Shown: positions 1 through 10,843, counted from the stretch's first letter. The stretch: DNA of 64,000 nt from Candidatus Latescibacterota bacterium (GCA_965219385.1 CBDCNM010000002.1:344639-408638); one strand, 5' to 3'. The notes: generated by a model from the sequence alone, not told the origin. Translations and numbers: made by a program.

Positions 1-158
1 GCAACCGACGTAAGTTATCTTTGTTGCCAGATCCATGGTGCCGTCTTTCTGGGGAAGGTATCGGTGCCTGGCTGGTCGAAGATACCAACCTGAGGAGACG
101 GTACCTTGTCAAAAAGTGTCCGAATTATTGATCAATCATCATCGAGGAAGAAGCGAGT

Positions 159-3068
159 ATGATGACCAAGATGATGAAAGCAGTCGCGCTGGCGGTGCTG
201 TTCGCCGGCCCGTCGGTCGCGCAGCAAAACCCGCCCGGCCTGGACTGGCGACAGATCCGGACGGATCGATTCAAAGTCGTTTTTCCCGCGGCGATCAGCG
301 CCGATGCCCAGCGGGTAGCCAATACGCTCGAACACATCTACGGCCCGGTCTCCAAAACGCTACGGGGACCGCAAAAACCGATAGATGTGGTGCTGGTCAA
401 CCAGTCGACTCGGACCAACGCTTTTGTCGCCCTGGCGCCGCGCCGCAGCGTGTGGTTCAGCACCCCGCCCCAGATCGCGGGGCGGCTCAGCGGCGATTGG
501 TACCAGTTGCTGGCGGTCCACGAGATGCGCCACATGGTGCAGGTTGACCGCCTGCGCCGGGGCTTCGTGCGCCTGGCCTGGCTCTTTTACGGCGAACAGG
601 GCCAAGACCTAGCGGGTCTGTTGGTGCCGCCGTGGTTCTGGGAGGGGGATGCGGTGGGGGTCGAGACGGCGCTGAGCCGGACCGGGCGCGGGCGCATGCC
701 CCAGTTCGCTCTGGACATCCAGGCCCTGCTTTTGGCGGGAGAGCGCTATTCCTACTACAAGGCCTACCACCGCTCGTACCGCGATTGGTACCCCAGTCAC
801 TACCCGCTGGGATACTTTCTCACGACCTACGTCAAGCGCCACTACGGTGCCGAGACTTGGGACAAGGTCCTGGGTCGCACCGCCAGGTGGGGGTTCCACC
901 CCTTTGCCTTCAGCCGGGCGCTCAGGAAGTACACCGGGGCCAGCGCCGCCCAGACCTACGAACGGACGATGGACGAGTTGACCGGGCTGTGGCAGACGCA
1001 GCAAGAAGACCTGCCCACGACGTCGTTACGGCTACTCCCCGGGCAGAGCCGCGCGGGCATCTGGACCAATTACGAATATCCGCAACCGCTGGCCGACGGC
1101 AGCGTGCTGGCGAGCAAGAGCGGCCTGGCAGACCCGGCGACGCTGGTGCGGCTGCACCCCGATGGCCGCGAAGAGGCCGTGCGCTTTTACCAACCCTTCG
1201 GCGGCATCCGCGCAGCCGGCGGCAAAGCGGCGTGGAACCGCTTCACTCCGGATCGGCGCTGGGGCTTTCGCAACTTCTCCGACGTGGTGGTGCTGGACAT
1301 CGACAGCGGCCGGATGCGCCAACTCACCCGCAAGGCCAAGTTGTTCGCACCCGCTCCTTCGCCCGATGGCATGCGCCTTGCCGCCGTTGAATTCGGACCG
1401 GACCGACGCTGCCACCTGGTGTTGTTGGAGACCGTCAGCGGCGCGGAGCAGGCCCGTTTTGCGGCCCCGGACGGGGTTTTCTGGCGCACGCCGGCGTGGT
1501 CGGAGGACGGACGCCATATCGCCGTGGTGCGGCAGGACGGCCGCGGCAACGCGCTCGAACGCATTGACGTTGCCGATGGCGAGGGGCAGATCGTGTTGCC
1601 GCCCACCCACGCCGATATTGGCTGGCCGGTCTTCTGGGGTTCCTACTTGCTGTTCAACTCGCCCCATTCGGGCATCGACAATATCCACGCGGTCCACCTG
1701 CCGAGCGGTGCCCGCTACCAGGTGACCTCTCGACCGCTGGCGGCCACCAACGCGGCGGTGGCCGGCGATTCGCTCCTGTTCCAGGAGTACACCGTCGACG
1801 GCTACCGCATCGCGGTCATGCCCCTCGACCCGGCGACCTGGACGCCGGTCGAGCAGGTCGCCGACCGGCGAATGCGCTACTACGAACCCCTGATCGCCCA
1901 GGAGCAGGGCGGCCCTGTGTTGGCGGACATCCCACAGCGGGTCTATCCGGTGAGCGGCTATCGGCCGCTGGGCCATCTGCTCAAAGTCCATAGCTGGTTT
2001 TTCAGTCCCTTGCCGCCGCGCTATGCCCTCAGTCTCACCTCCAGCGATTTGCTCAATCTCAGCAACACGAGCGGCGGAGTCGAATACAACAGCAACGAGA
2101 ATGCCTTCAGCGCCTTGGGCGATTTCAGCGTGGCGGCGTGGTATCCCATTTTCAGCGTGGGCGGGCGCTGGGGCGAGCGGGCCGGAGACTACAAGATCAA
2201 AACGAGAGAGACCGAAGGCGACAGCCTCAAGGTCAAAGAGGAAGAAAAAACGGACAAGTGGACTGAAAAGAGCCTGAGTGCCGGCGTCGAAGTGCCCTTG
2301 AATTTTTCCCGCGGCCCTTGGCAGTCTTTCGTCCATTTGAGCGCAAAGGCGGAATTGACCGATATCGCCGGCCGGGGCGCCCTCAACCGGCCCGAGGACG
2401 ACCTCTACTGGCCCGATTCAAGCAGCGTGAACCAACAAGTAAAAGACGTGTTCACAAAAAACCACAACGGACGCTTTGCGCCGCTGACGTACCAGCTAAC
2501 CTTCGGGCGGTCGCGTCACCCGGCAGTGCGCGATCTGGCCCCGGCCTGGGGGCAGAGCCTGCAGCTAACCTACCGCCACACGCCCTTTGCCGGCGACTAC
2601 GACGGCACCTTGTTGTCGGGGCGGCTGGAGCTGACCTTTCCCGGTTTGGCGGCTCACCACAGCCTACAGCTAGGGGGTGGTTACGAGTGGCAGGATTCAG
2701 CCGCGGCCGATGCCCTACCCTACCGCTTTGCAAGCGAACAGACCTTTGTCCGCGGCTACGACTATCGCTTCCACCGCCGCATTTACCAAGGGGCGGCCAA
2801 CTATGCCCTGCCGCTGTTTTACCCGGACTGGAACTTGGGGGCGCTGGTGTACCTCCAGCGTTTCAAGGTCAACTTCTTTTACGACTACGGTCGCGGTGAG
2901 GACGACTCTCAGCCCCCTGAAATCTACCAATCGGCCGGTGCCGAACTAACGACCGATTTCCACCCTTTTTCACTGCCGATCCCGCTGGATATGGGCCTGC
3001 GCTACGCCTATCGTTTCGACGAGGGGGATTCGCGCTATGAATTGGCGGTTAATCTCCCGGGGTTTTGA
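159..3068 (+). CDS. Secreted/outer-membrane protein: N-terminal zincin-like metallopeptidase, TolB/PD40-like beta-propeller, C-terminal Omp85-like beta-barrel region
   Basis: Signal peptide (MMKAVALAVLFAGPSVAQ); HEMRH (HExxH) and downstream WFWEGDAV; PSPDG/PAWSEDG propeller repeats; alternating beta-strand C-terminus ending in F. Confidence 0.75.
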   Translation: MMTKMMKAVALAVLFAGPSVAQQNPPGLDWRQIRTDRFKVVFPAAISADAQRVANTLEHIYGPVSKTLRGPQKPIDVVLVNQSTRTNAFVALAPRRSVWFSTPPQIAGRLSGDWYQLLAVHEMRHMVQVDRLRRGFVRLAWLFYGEQGQDLAGLLVPPWFWEGDAVGVETALSRTGRGRMPQFALDIQALLLAGERYSYYKAYHRSYRDWYPSHYPLGYFLTTYVKRHYGAETWDKVLGRTARWGFHPFAFSRALRKYTGASAAQTYERTMDELTGLWQTQQEDLPTTSLRLLPGQSRAGIWTNYEYPQPLADGSVLASKSGLADPATLVRLHPDGREEAVRFYQPFGGIRAAGGKAAWNRFTPDRRWGFRNFSDVVVLDIDSGRMRQLTRKAKLFAPAPSPDGMRLAAVEFGPDRRCHLVLLETVSGAEQARFAAPDGVFWRTPAWSEDGRHIAVVRQDGRGNALERIDVADGEGQIVLPPTHADIGWPVFWGSYLLFNSPHSGIDNIHAVHLPSGARYQVTSRPLAATNAAVAGDSLLFQEYTVDGYRIAVMPLDPATWTPVEQVADRRMRYYEPLIAQEQGGPVLADIPQRVYPVSGYRPLGHLLKVHSWFFSPLPPRYALSLTSSDLLNLSNTSGGVEYNSNENAFSALGDFSVAAWYPIFSVGGRWGERAGDYKIKTRETEGDSLKVKEEEKTDKWTEKSLSAGVEVPLNFSRGPWQSFVHLSAKAELTDIAGRGALNRPEDDLYWPDSSSVNQQVKDVFTKNHNGRFAPLTYQLTFGRSRHPAVRDLAPAWGQSLQLTYRHTPFAGDYDGTLLSGRLELTFPGLAAHHSLQLGGGYEWQDSAAADALPYRFASEQTFVRGYDYRFHRRIYQGAANYALPLFYPDWNLGALVYLQRFKVNFFYDYGRGEDDSQPPEIYQSAGAELTTDFHPFSLPIPLDMGLRYAYRFDEGDSRYELAVNLPGF

Positions 3069-3114
3069 GTCGGCGCTGTGGATGGCGTGCAGTGGGGCAG
3101 CTGTACTTGCGCCC

Positions 3115-3233
3115 CTTTGCTTGGCGGTTGAATTTCCGTCGCCATTCCAAGGATTTATGAACGCTTGCCCCGAAACAGCGAAGCCTTGATTCAAATCGCC
3201 ATGATTCATCTCTTACTCAAGCGCCTCGCATAG
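3115..3233 (+). pseudogene. 3' remnant of IS5-family transposase
   Basis: Translates, with a frameshift, as W.LNFRRHSKD/YERLPRNSEALIQIAMIHLLLKRLA*, a typical IS5 transposase C-terminus. Confidence 0.75.
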
Positions 3234-3325
3234 AATACCGGGGTTTTAAAAAAGCTTCTAAGAGGCTGGACCATCGGACGAGCCGAAATTCCGGCGAGTT
3301 AATGGCGAATCGAGGTTGGACTGGC

Positions 3326-3895
3326 ATGCGAAATGTTGAGATTCTTCAATCACTCACCCTTGCGCTGGTGTCGGCGGCGCTGGCTGTACCGGCCGTTTCG
3401 CAAGACGGCCCCACTGCAGCGGCGTGGACGGACACCGCCGAGGTCTACGAGACCAGGCACAATCACGTGCTCGCCCTTCCGAAGTACGTGTGGAATGCCC
3501 TGATCTACCCGATCGGGCAGTTCACTATCTGGGTCGAACACGAAGAGGTGCCTGAGCGGGTGGTGGATCTGTTCACCAACGAGGCGGAGACCTTCGGACT
3601 GTTTCCGTATGCGGCCTTGGGTGGGGAGACGGGAAGCGGTGGCGGGTTCACAATGTTTCATAACGATTTGTTCGGGCGCGGAAAGGAATTCTCGGCGCAC
3701 TTGATCGCCAACCGCTCCAATTATAGCGGGCTGGCACTGTACAATGACCCGGGGATCGGCGGCGGTCCGTGGTACTGGAATGCGTCTATCGAAGCGCTGG
3801 ATACGGGGAACAAGAACGCCACCATAAACGGCCAACTGCGTGGGTCGGGGTCGCTGTTCGAGTACGAGCAGCGAGATGTAAGGCTTAACTTCGGG
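3326..3895 (+). pseudogene. BamA/TamA-like outer-membrane protein, truncated by IS
   Basis: Signal peptide, then LALPKYVW..YPI and GGETGSGGGFTMFHNDLFG barrel-start motifs; frame runs into the IS inverted repeat at 3896. Confidence 0.55.
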
Positions 3896-5091
3896 TCATG
3901 CTCCACGACAAAACCTATTCTGCGATGATACCAGGTGGACACCGCCATAACCAGACGCATTCGGCAAAGTCGTTGCGCTTCTCCTGAATATTGAGCAACA
4001 GGTACTGCAAGTGATCCAATCCATAGCGGAACAAGCTCTGCTCGGGGTATCCATGCTTCTTGATTTTCAACGGTTTCTGCTGGGCTAACCAGATGCCAAC
4101 CAGATGCGCCCAAGTGAAGGCGAGGGCCAACAGCGCCACTAACTTGCGGATGCGCTCAATCTCGGTCAGATGGGTCTGCTCGAAGTCGAAGCCGCGCTTT
4201 TTCAGCGCCGAAAAAAGCACTTCTATTCCCCCGCGTTTCCGGTAGCGAGACCACGCTCGGGCCTTATCCTGGTTGCTGGCTACGATGAGATATTCATCGG
4301 CGAACCGAATCGCGGAAAGGAACACGGCTTGCCCGTAGATCCATCTCCGCTGGCGCAAGATCCGGGCCTGATCTTGCGGCCGATCGCGGAAGAGAGCACG
4401 CACCGGGGAAGACGGCTTGGGACCGGGCAGCACGGCATGCTCGCGAATACGAATATGATAGGTCCGTCCCTGTTGATCCAACCACTGGAACCAAGCTGGG
4501 CCGATGAATGCCCGATCGCACACCACGGTGCGCATCCGTTCGGGACCCAAGAGGGCGATGCCCTGTTCCATCAAGGCGATACGTTCCTGGGTATTCGAGT
4601 TGCCTTTCTTGGGCCGCATCGTCCAGTAGAGCGGAAAGGCGACCCCTTGAAAGACGATACCTACCAACAGAATATTGATCTGAAGTTGACCGAATTGCCA
4701 AGGGGTGCGATCCAAGGTGATCAGCCCATCTTTCCGGTCGGTAACAGCGTGACCACCCGTTTGGCCAGCAGATCATAGTCGAGGTCGAACAGAGCAAAGA
4801 AGCGTTGGATGCGACGATAGTTTGATTTTCTATCGGCGTTTCCATTCAAGCCGTTGGCGATGCGAACCAGGTTTACCGTGGTCACCTGGATTAAGGCTAA
4901 CACGAAGGCGGCGATGAACTTGACCCGGGCTTTGTGCCACGGCAGATGCCCTTGCATCGCCGTGTATAAATCCGTAGTTTGGGGTGACATAGACCTGCTC
5001 CTGGTGATCGGGGAACATGGACTTCGGCACTCCAAACTTAATCTCCTGTCAATGCAGGGGTAGGTCTTTCTCGTTTTGTCGCGTAGCATGA
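3896..5091 (-). mobile_element. IS4-family insertion sequence
   Basis: Terminal IRs tcatgctccacgacaaaac (3896-3914) and gttttgtcgcgtagcatga (5073-5091), 17/19 match; no target duplication visible. Confidence 0.85.
3915..4990 (-). pseudogene. IS4-family transposase, frameshifted near 4725
   Basis: SNYRRIQRFF, DRTPWQFG, DRAFIG, YRKRGGIEVLFSALKKRGF motifs split over two frames. Confidence 0.85.
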
Positions 5092-5124
5092 GCACAACGA
5101 AAAACCACAAAACAGGCATCATAA

Positions 5125-6398
5125 ATGGAAATTAACCCACCTTCAAAGGGGTGGTATATAGTCCCTCAATTTATAGTGGCCATTGCTTTTTTGCTGCTCA
5201 TTGGCACGGGGTGTAGCTATACCATCCCCTATACTACCTCACCAGCAGTAGTGGAAAAATGGGTTGCAGATGAGAAAATCAAACACAAGGTTCTATTGTT
5301 CGGAGATGGGGGCGCACCATCCATTGACGAAACGTTTCCCGCTGAAGAGCTGTACAGGGCGGATGCAACGTTGACAAGTCTTTATTGTTGGGCGAAAAAG
5401 ATGCCGCAGAAGACCACGATTATATTTCTCGGTGACAACATCTACAACGTTGGCTTGCCTAAGCAGGCGAGTAAAGAGTACAAAAAGGCTGAAAAAAAGT
5501 TACAGGCACAACTCAGCGTGGTCAAAGCAAGCGGCGCACATGGTATTTTTATTCCCGGGAATCACGATTGGGCGGATGGCAAAAAAGGAGGATGGGCGGC
5601 AGTCTTACGACAGGAAGAATATGTAAATACAGTATTGGGGACTGATAAGCCTTCTTTTCTTCCCAAGGGCGGACAACCGGGGCCGGAGAACGTAGATAAG
5701 GATGGTGTTCGGATTATAGTGCTCGATACGCAGTGGTGGTTACATCGAGATGATGATAAGCCAATTGCCTTGAACGGCGAGGACGGAGAAGCGTCCGCGA
5801 AACAAGAAAACCCCGTGGAAATTGTACAACGTCGGGTCATTGAAAAATTGCGGGGTTATCTCAATAGGAGCGGACAAAGGAAAGTGATGGTCGTCGCTCA
5901 CCACCCGTTGGCGACGCACGGGCCGCGGGGAGGTTTCTTTGACTGGCGGGACCACCTCTTTCCCCTCACCAATTTACCATTGCCGCTCATAAAAAAAATC
6001 TGTGGATTCCCCTGCCACTCGTCGGCAGCATTTACCCACTTAGTAGGTGGTATCTGTTTAGGGACGACCAGCATCTGAATGGTTCGCGCAACCAAACGTT
6101 GACTGGCACCTTGAAGAAAGCGCTTGCAGGTGAAAACAAACCACTGATTTATGCCGCAGGACATGAACACAGCCTACAGGTATTAAGTGGCGGCGAAACC
6201 GCGGATTATATCCTCGTTAGTGGTTCGGGCTCGAAGACGAGCAAAGTGAGTTACGGGGCAGCCACCCTCTTCGCTCACCAACACTTAGGTTTTATGGCGG
6301 TCGATTTTATAGACGATGGAAGTGTCTTGTTGCGCGTGATCGAACCAACCGAGCAGGGACGTGCAGGTGAAGTTGTCTTTTCAAAGTGGTTAAAATAA
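5125..6398 (+). pseudogene. Calcineurin-like metallophosphoesterase (probable lipoprotein), split at an A8 tract (5991-5998)
   Basis: GDGG, FLGDNIY, PGNHDW, HHP motifs in ORF 5125..6078; LWIPLPLVGSIYP and AAGHEHSLQ continue in another frame to 6398. Confidence 0.8.
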
Positions 6399-6478
6399 AC
6401 CTGGGATCGAGGCCATGCGGGCTTCGGCCTTGGGAGTGAAGGCGGGCAAAAAGATCAGGTCAGACTTGGCTGGCGACA

Positions 6479-6976
6479 TCATCGGTTCGCCTTGCCCGAG
6501 TCTGGTAGCGCAGGCGATTCAGAGTCCTCTTTGAGCTTGACTTCAAGAGCGCTAATGGGGTCGGAGTCATGCGTTAATCCAGACACCATCCCCAACAACG
6601 TTAGGGCATTATTGTGGAGTTGAAAGGCGTCCGCCGAAAGGTATCTCCCTGACCCAACCGAACGAACAATCACGACAATTTCTGGTGATCCGTCGCTGTC
6701 CAAATCGGAGAATTTTATACTTTCAACGACCCCGTCGCGCGGCCTGACAGTACCTGCAATAAAGTGGTCATAAGGGAAGCGGGGATCGGTTCCGGCGTAT
6801 GTTCGGAGACTATAGCTGCCAATACTTCTCGGCTCAAAGTCCCCTTCAGCCACAACTGCGATTGTCGAGGCTTCTGGCACCACTGCCTTCCTGATTCGGC
6901 GGGTGGTTTCATCGGCATCTAAAGCGGTAGAAGTCACGAGCGCGAACCCTAGACACAACAACCGCATTACATTCAT
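6479..6976 (-). CDS. pliI: PliI-family inhibitor of I-type (invertebrate) lysozyme
   Basis: Signal peptide; VVAEGDFEPRSIGSYSLRTY and RSVGSGRYLSADAF motifs characteristic of PliI. Confidence 0.8.
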   Translation of the reverse strand: MNVMRLLCLGFALVTSTALDADETTRRIRKAVVPEASTIAVVAEGDFEPRSIGSYSLRTYAGTDPRFPYDHFIAGTVRPRDGVVESIKFSDLDSDGSPEIVVIVRSVGSGRYLSADAFQLHNNALTLLGMVSGLTHDSDPISALEVKLKEDSESPALPDSGKANR

Positions 6977-7009
6977 AGCTAAATCCTCGCAGACTATAGT
7001 CGTTATTGC

Positions 7010-7192
7010 GTTTTCGGCGATCCTGTGCCTCTTGCCGCCTTTTGTGCAGCCGTGCGTTCTCCCGGCGCAGCCGCTCCACTACCTTCGTTGCTGGATTGAC
7101 GGGGGGGTGGCCCCGCTTCTTGCTACCCAGTTCCCCCCACTCGGGCTGGCGGCGCCAGCAGGTCAGGTGCGAGGAATACAGGCCCTCGCGGC
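7010..7192 (-). pseudogene. IS3-family orfA remnant
   Basis: Minus strand reads REGLYSSHLTCWRRQ...KKRG...ERLRRENARL. Confidence 0.65.
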
Positions 7193-7194
7193 AC

Positions 7195-7650
7195 AGGGCA
7201 CCGAGCGGCCCGGTTGGGTGCAGATCCGCTGCCGGGCCACTTGCATCTCGTCGTCCAAACCGTGCGGGTGGCCGGTGTTGAGGTTGCGGTCAAAGCGCGG
7301 GAAATTGCTGCTGGAGACCTCCAGCCGGATGCAGTGTCCGGCCCGGAAGAGATTGCTGGTCTCCCACAGCTCAATCAGATAGACGTAACCTGCTCTGGTT
7401 CGATGGGACTGGGGTCTCGGTACGAGTCGAGGAAGCAGGTCCGCACAATGCCCTCGCACAAGTGGATGGCCCTGCCCCTGGGGTGCACGTCAACCAGGGT
7501 AGCGGTAAAATCGGTCTCCACCGCGCTGGAGGCCGCGTGCAGCACCAGCTCCACCGGCCCGGTGATTTCCACCTCCGCGGCCAGCGGCTCGGTGGTGTAG
7601 AGCCGCACCCCGTCGCGCATGGGGATCTCGATATCGAGCTGAATGCGCAT
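7195..7650 (-). pseudogene. CocE/NonD-family hydrolase remnant with large internal deletion
   Basis: N-terminal IPMRDGVRL fused directly to C-terminal-domain YTTEPL..EITGPV..DFTATLVDV and IRLEVSSSNFPRFDRNLNTG; additional frameshift near 7385. Confidence 0.8.
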
Positions 7651-7654
7651 CCCC

Positions 7655-8599
7655 TCAGTACCCCTTGGATTTGTCGATGACTCCGGAGAGGGGCTCGCCG
7701 GCGAGAAAGCGCCGCAGATTGTCACAGAATATGCCCACGATGCGGTCCTGCCGGCGGGGCGAGCCCCCGGCCGTGTGCGGAGTGATGATGACATTGTCCA
7801 TGTGCCACAGCGGATGGTCTGCGGGGAGGGGTTCCCGGGGCGTCACATCCAGCCCGGCCCCGCCGATCCACCCCTGCTCCAGGGCCTCCATCAGGGCCTC
7901 CTCCTCGACGATGCGCCCGCGCGTCACATTGATCAGCAGGGCGTGCTCCTGCATGGTGCGAAAGGCCGCCCGGTCGAACATACCTTCGGTCTGCCTCGTC
8001 AAGGGCGCGCAGATGGCCACCACATCGGCCTGGCGCAGCAAATCGCCCAGGCGCTCCAGGCCCCAACACGCCTTCACCTCGGGTGGCCGTTGCACGGGCT
8101 CGGGATCCACCGCCACGATGCGCATGCCAAAGCCGGCGGCCCGCGCGGCCAGATTGCGGCCCGTGCCCCCTAGGCCCACGATTCCTAATATGCGGCCGTC
8201 CAGCTCCCCCGAGACCTGCCGGATGGGGAAGCGCTGGTCCCAGTTGGGCCGCCGCAGGGCCCACCAGATGCCCCGGGTGAGCCCCAGGAGCAGGGCCATG
8301 GCGTGGTCGGCCAGGTGGATCCCCACCGTGCCCTTGGCGCTGGTGAGCACGACATCGCTGGCGACAAAAGCCGGGTCGAGCAAGCCGTCCACCCCCGCTC
8401 CCGTGCTCTGCACCCAGCGCAATTTGGCGGCCGCCTCGAACATGGCCGGGCAAAAGCCGCCAAAGACCACTTCCACTTCGGACATGGCCGCCATGACTTC
8501 GGCGCCAGTGGCCGGCTGTACTAGTTCCACGGCATCGGCCACCCCCCGGATCTGTTCGATCTGGCGCTCCTCCAGCTCCAGATTCAGCAATACTTTCAT
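7655..8599 (-). CDS. D-2-hydroxyacid dehydrogenase family protein
   Basis: GIVGLGGTG, LINVTRGRIV, AGLDV, ITPHTAG motifs. Confidence 0.9.
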   Translation of the reverse strand: MKVLLNLELEERQIEQIRGVADAVELVQPATGAEVMAAMSEVEVVFGGFCPAMFEAAAKLRWVQSTGAGVDGLLDPAFVASDVVLTSAKGTVGIHLADHAMALLLGLTRGIWWALRRPNWDQRFPIRQVSGELDGRILGIVGLGGTGRNLAARAAGFGMRIVAVDPEPVQRPPEVKACWGLERLGDLLRQADVVAICAPLTRQTEGMFDRAAFRTMQEHALLINVTRGRIVEEEALMEALEQGWIGGAGLDVTPREPLPADHPLWHMDNVIITPHTAGGSPRRQDRIVGIFCDNLRRFLAGEPLSGVIDKSKGY

Positions 8600-8736
8600 A
8601 GCGCTCTTCTCTCTTGTCCCGCTCAATATTAGGACTTTGCCGCCCGCTCAACAAACTGTTTTATTGGAAGGGCTGACTTTCCAGCAAACTTTGTGAGTAC
8701 TGCTGCGTGTACAAAAAGAACAGGCGATCAGAAAGG

Positions 8737-8833
8737 GGCTTGCAGCTCCCACCACCCTCCATAAAACGCCGCCGGCAACATCCCCTCCCTGCCTTGAGAT
8801 CCAAATAGTTACGGGTATTTCGTGATCTACTGA
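8737..8833. repeat. Partial copy of ~200-bp MITE-like repeat
   Basis: ccttgagatccaaatagttacgggtatttcgtgatctactga matches the ends of the copies at 13799, 36810 and 54032. Confidence 0.75.
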
Positions 8834-8871
8834 TGATGAACACGGCGGCTGCGCATTTTCGCCGAGGTTTT

Positions 8872-9729
8872 TTAATAGAGCGCGCGGTAGAGACGCTGGG
8901 GATAGTCGGCGACCACCTGGTGTTCCCGGCCCAGTAGATGGAAAATCGAGACCATGGCGTCCCTGGCGGCTCCCTCGCGAAAGTCCTTTTTGCGTTCCAC
9001 GATCTCCAGCCACTCCTTGAGGGCCGTGGCATAGTCGCGCTCGGCCGCCGCACAACAGGCGAAATTGAAGCGGGTGTCCAGGTCGTCGGGGGCGGACAGC
9101 AGCGGCCGGGCCAAGGCGGACCGGCCGCCGGCCTGTTCGCAGATCCGGACGAATTCGATCTGGCGCAGCACGGCCTGGGCCCGATCGTACTCGGAAGCGC
9201 CCGGTTCCACCATGCCGACCAGTTTTTCCACAGTGGCGAAGTCATTCTCGTACAGGCGAATCTGGGCCAGACCCAACAGGGCCTGGTTGTCCTCGGGCTG
9301 ATCTTCCAGGACCTGCTCATACAGCCGGGCCGCGCCCTCCAGATCGTTGTTGCCGGCCAGGGTTTTGGCCTGTTCCAGCAGGCCGTCCGTTTCGGTGGAA
9401 ATCAGGGGGCGGAGGATGGCCTCGATCTGCGCCTGGGGCAGCGCCCCGGTGAATTCCTGCACGATCTGGCCGTCCTTGAAGATCTTGACGGCGGGGATGC
9501 CCTGCACCCGGAAGGCGGCGGCCAGCTCCTGGTTCTCGTCCACGTTTAACTTGGCCAGGGCCACGCCGTCCCCCAGGGAGGTGACGACCTCCTCCAGGAT
9601 CGGCCCCAGGGTGCGGCAGGGACCGCACCAGGGCGCCCACAGGTCCACCACAATCGCACGCTCGTGTGAGGCCTTGAGCACGGCGTCTTCGAAATCGGCC
9701 TGGCCGACATCGAATATCTGTTGGTTCAT
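8872..9729 (-). CDS. cnoX: Thioredoxin-TPR chaperedoxin (YbbN/CnoX)
   Basis: N-terminal Trx domain with WCGPC, TPR helices, C-terminal YPQRLYRALY. Confidence 0.85.
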   Translation of the reverse strand: MNQQIFDVGQADFEDAVLKASHERAIVVDLWAPWCGPCRTLGPILEEVVTSLGDGVALAKLNVDENQELAAAFRVQGIPAVKIFKDGQIVQEFTGALPQAQIEAILRPLISTETDGLLEQAKTLAGNNDLEGAARLYEQVLEDQPEDNQALLGLAQIRLYENDFATVEKLVGMVEPGASEYDRAQAVLRQIEFVRICEQAGGRSALARPLLSAPDDLDTRFNFACCAAAERDYATALKEWLEIVERKKDFREGAARDAMVSIFHLLGREHQVVADYPQRLYRALY

Positions 9730-9776
9730 CGGTTGCCTTTCGGTATAGTGATTCTGCACGGTTGCAGGTTACAACT

Positions 9777-10826
9777 TCATTGCGCCCGGCCGCGACCCGC
9801 TACCCTCCAGGCATCCACCACCTCTCCATTGCGCACCGGGTAGAGGTAGTCGTGGAGGTTGGTGGTCATCCCCCCGTGCAGCGGGATGAAGGACAGGACC
9901 TCTCCTGCTTCAAATATATGCGATGAGTCCGCGATATCCAGGTGCCCGTGTTCCACGGACATGCCCTTGAAGAAAATCTCGGGGTGTTCAAGGCAGTAGC
10001 CATAGGGCGTGGGCGGGTAGCTGGTAAAGGCCTTCATGCCCGCGTCCACGATCGCCTGTCCGGACACGGCCGTGCTCACCACGGTGACGACCATGCGCAA
10101 AGGGCAGCGGTCCGGGTGCAGATCCTCCCGTTTGCCGACCCGGGTCATACCCTCGTACGCGTAGGAGCCGATCCGGGTCTCGGTGCAGTTGATGGACTTG
10201 CAGAATTCCTGGGAGCCGGTACCGCCGCCGCTGACGATGTGGAGGGGCAATCCGGCCTTCGAGGTCAGGTCGCGGACCTCGTCGATGAAGGGGCCGACGC
10301 GGTCGTTGCGCGCGTAGGTCATGACCCCCATGAACTCCAGTCCGGGCAGCTGGTCGATGTGCTGCGCCAGTTCCAGGGTCTCCCCGGGGGACTGGACGCC
10401 ACAGCGGTGGCTACCGGTATCCATCTCTACGATGACGCGGATGGTGCAGCCGTCCTTTGCGGCCTGGTGAGAGAGGCCCTCCACGGTGATCGCGGAGTCG
10501 GCGGCCACCGTGAGGGTGGTCCGGTCCTGCTTGATCAGACGGGTCAAGCGTTCGAGCTTGGGGCGGCCGACGATGTTGTAGGGGATGAGGATATCTTCGA
10601 GGCCGGCCTCGACCATGGCTTCGGCCTCGCCCAGCTTCTGGCAGACAAGGCCGATGGCCCCTGCCTGGACCTGCATGCGGGCAATGGCAGGGGTCTTGTG
10701 GGTCTTGGTGTGGACTCGAAGGTCGATCTCCAGCTGGTCGCAGGCCTGTTGCAGGTCGCGGATATTCTTTTCGAGGATGTCCAGGTCGACGGCCAGGGCC
10801 GGGGTGTCGAGCTCGGTGATGTGCAT
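9777..10826 (-). CDS. DSD1/D-threonine aldolase family PLP enzyme (fold type III)
   Basis: LDTPAL, RVHTKTHK, DTGSHRCG, SGGGT, DAGMKA, SVEHG. Confidence 0.85.
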   Translation of the reverse strand: MHITELDTPALAVDLDILEKNIRDLQQACDQLEIDLRVHTKTHKTPAIARMQVQAGAIGLVCQKLGEAEAMVEAGLEDILIPYNIVGRPKLERLTRLIKQDRTTLTVAADSAITVEGLSHQAAKDGCTIRVIVEMDTGSHRCGVQSPGETLELAQHIDQLPGLEFMGVMTYARNDRVGPFIDEVRDLTSKAGLPLHIVSGGGTGSQEFCKSINCTETRIGSYAYEGMTRVGKREDLHPDRCPLRMVVTVVSTAVSGQAIVDAGMKAFTSYPPTPYGYCLEHPEIFFKGMSVEHGHLDIADSSHIFEAGEVLSFIPLHGGMTTNLHDYLYPVRNGEVVDAWRVAGRGRAQ

Positions 10827-10843
10827 GATGCATTCCTTCTCGA

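Noticed and set aside
1032..2336. Long antisense ORFs here and opposite many genes
   Set aside because: Expected stop-poor antisense frames of GC-rich coding DNA
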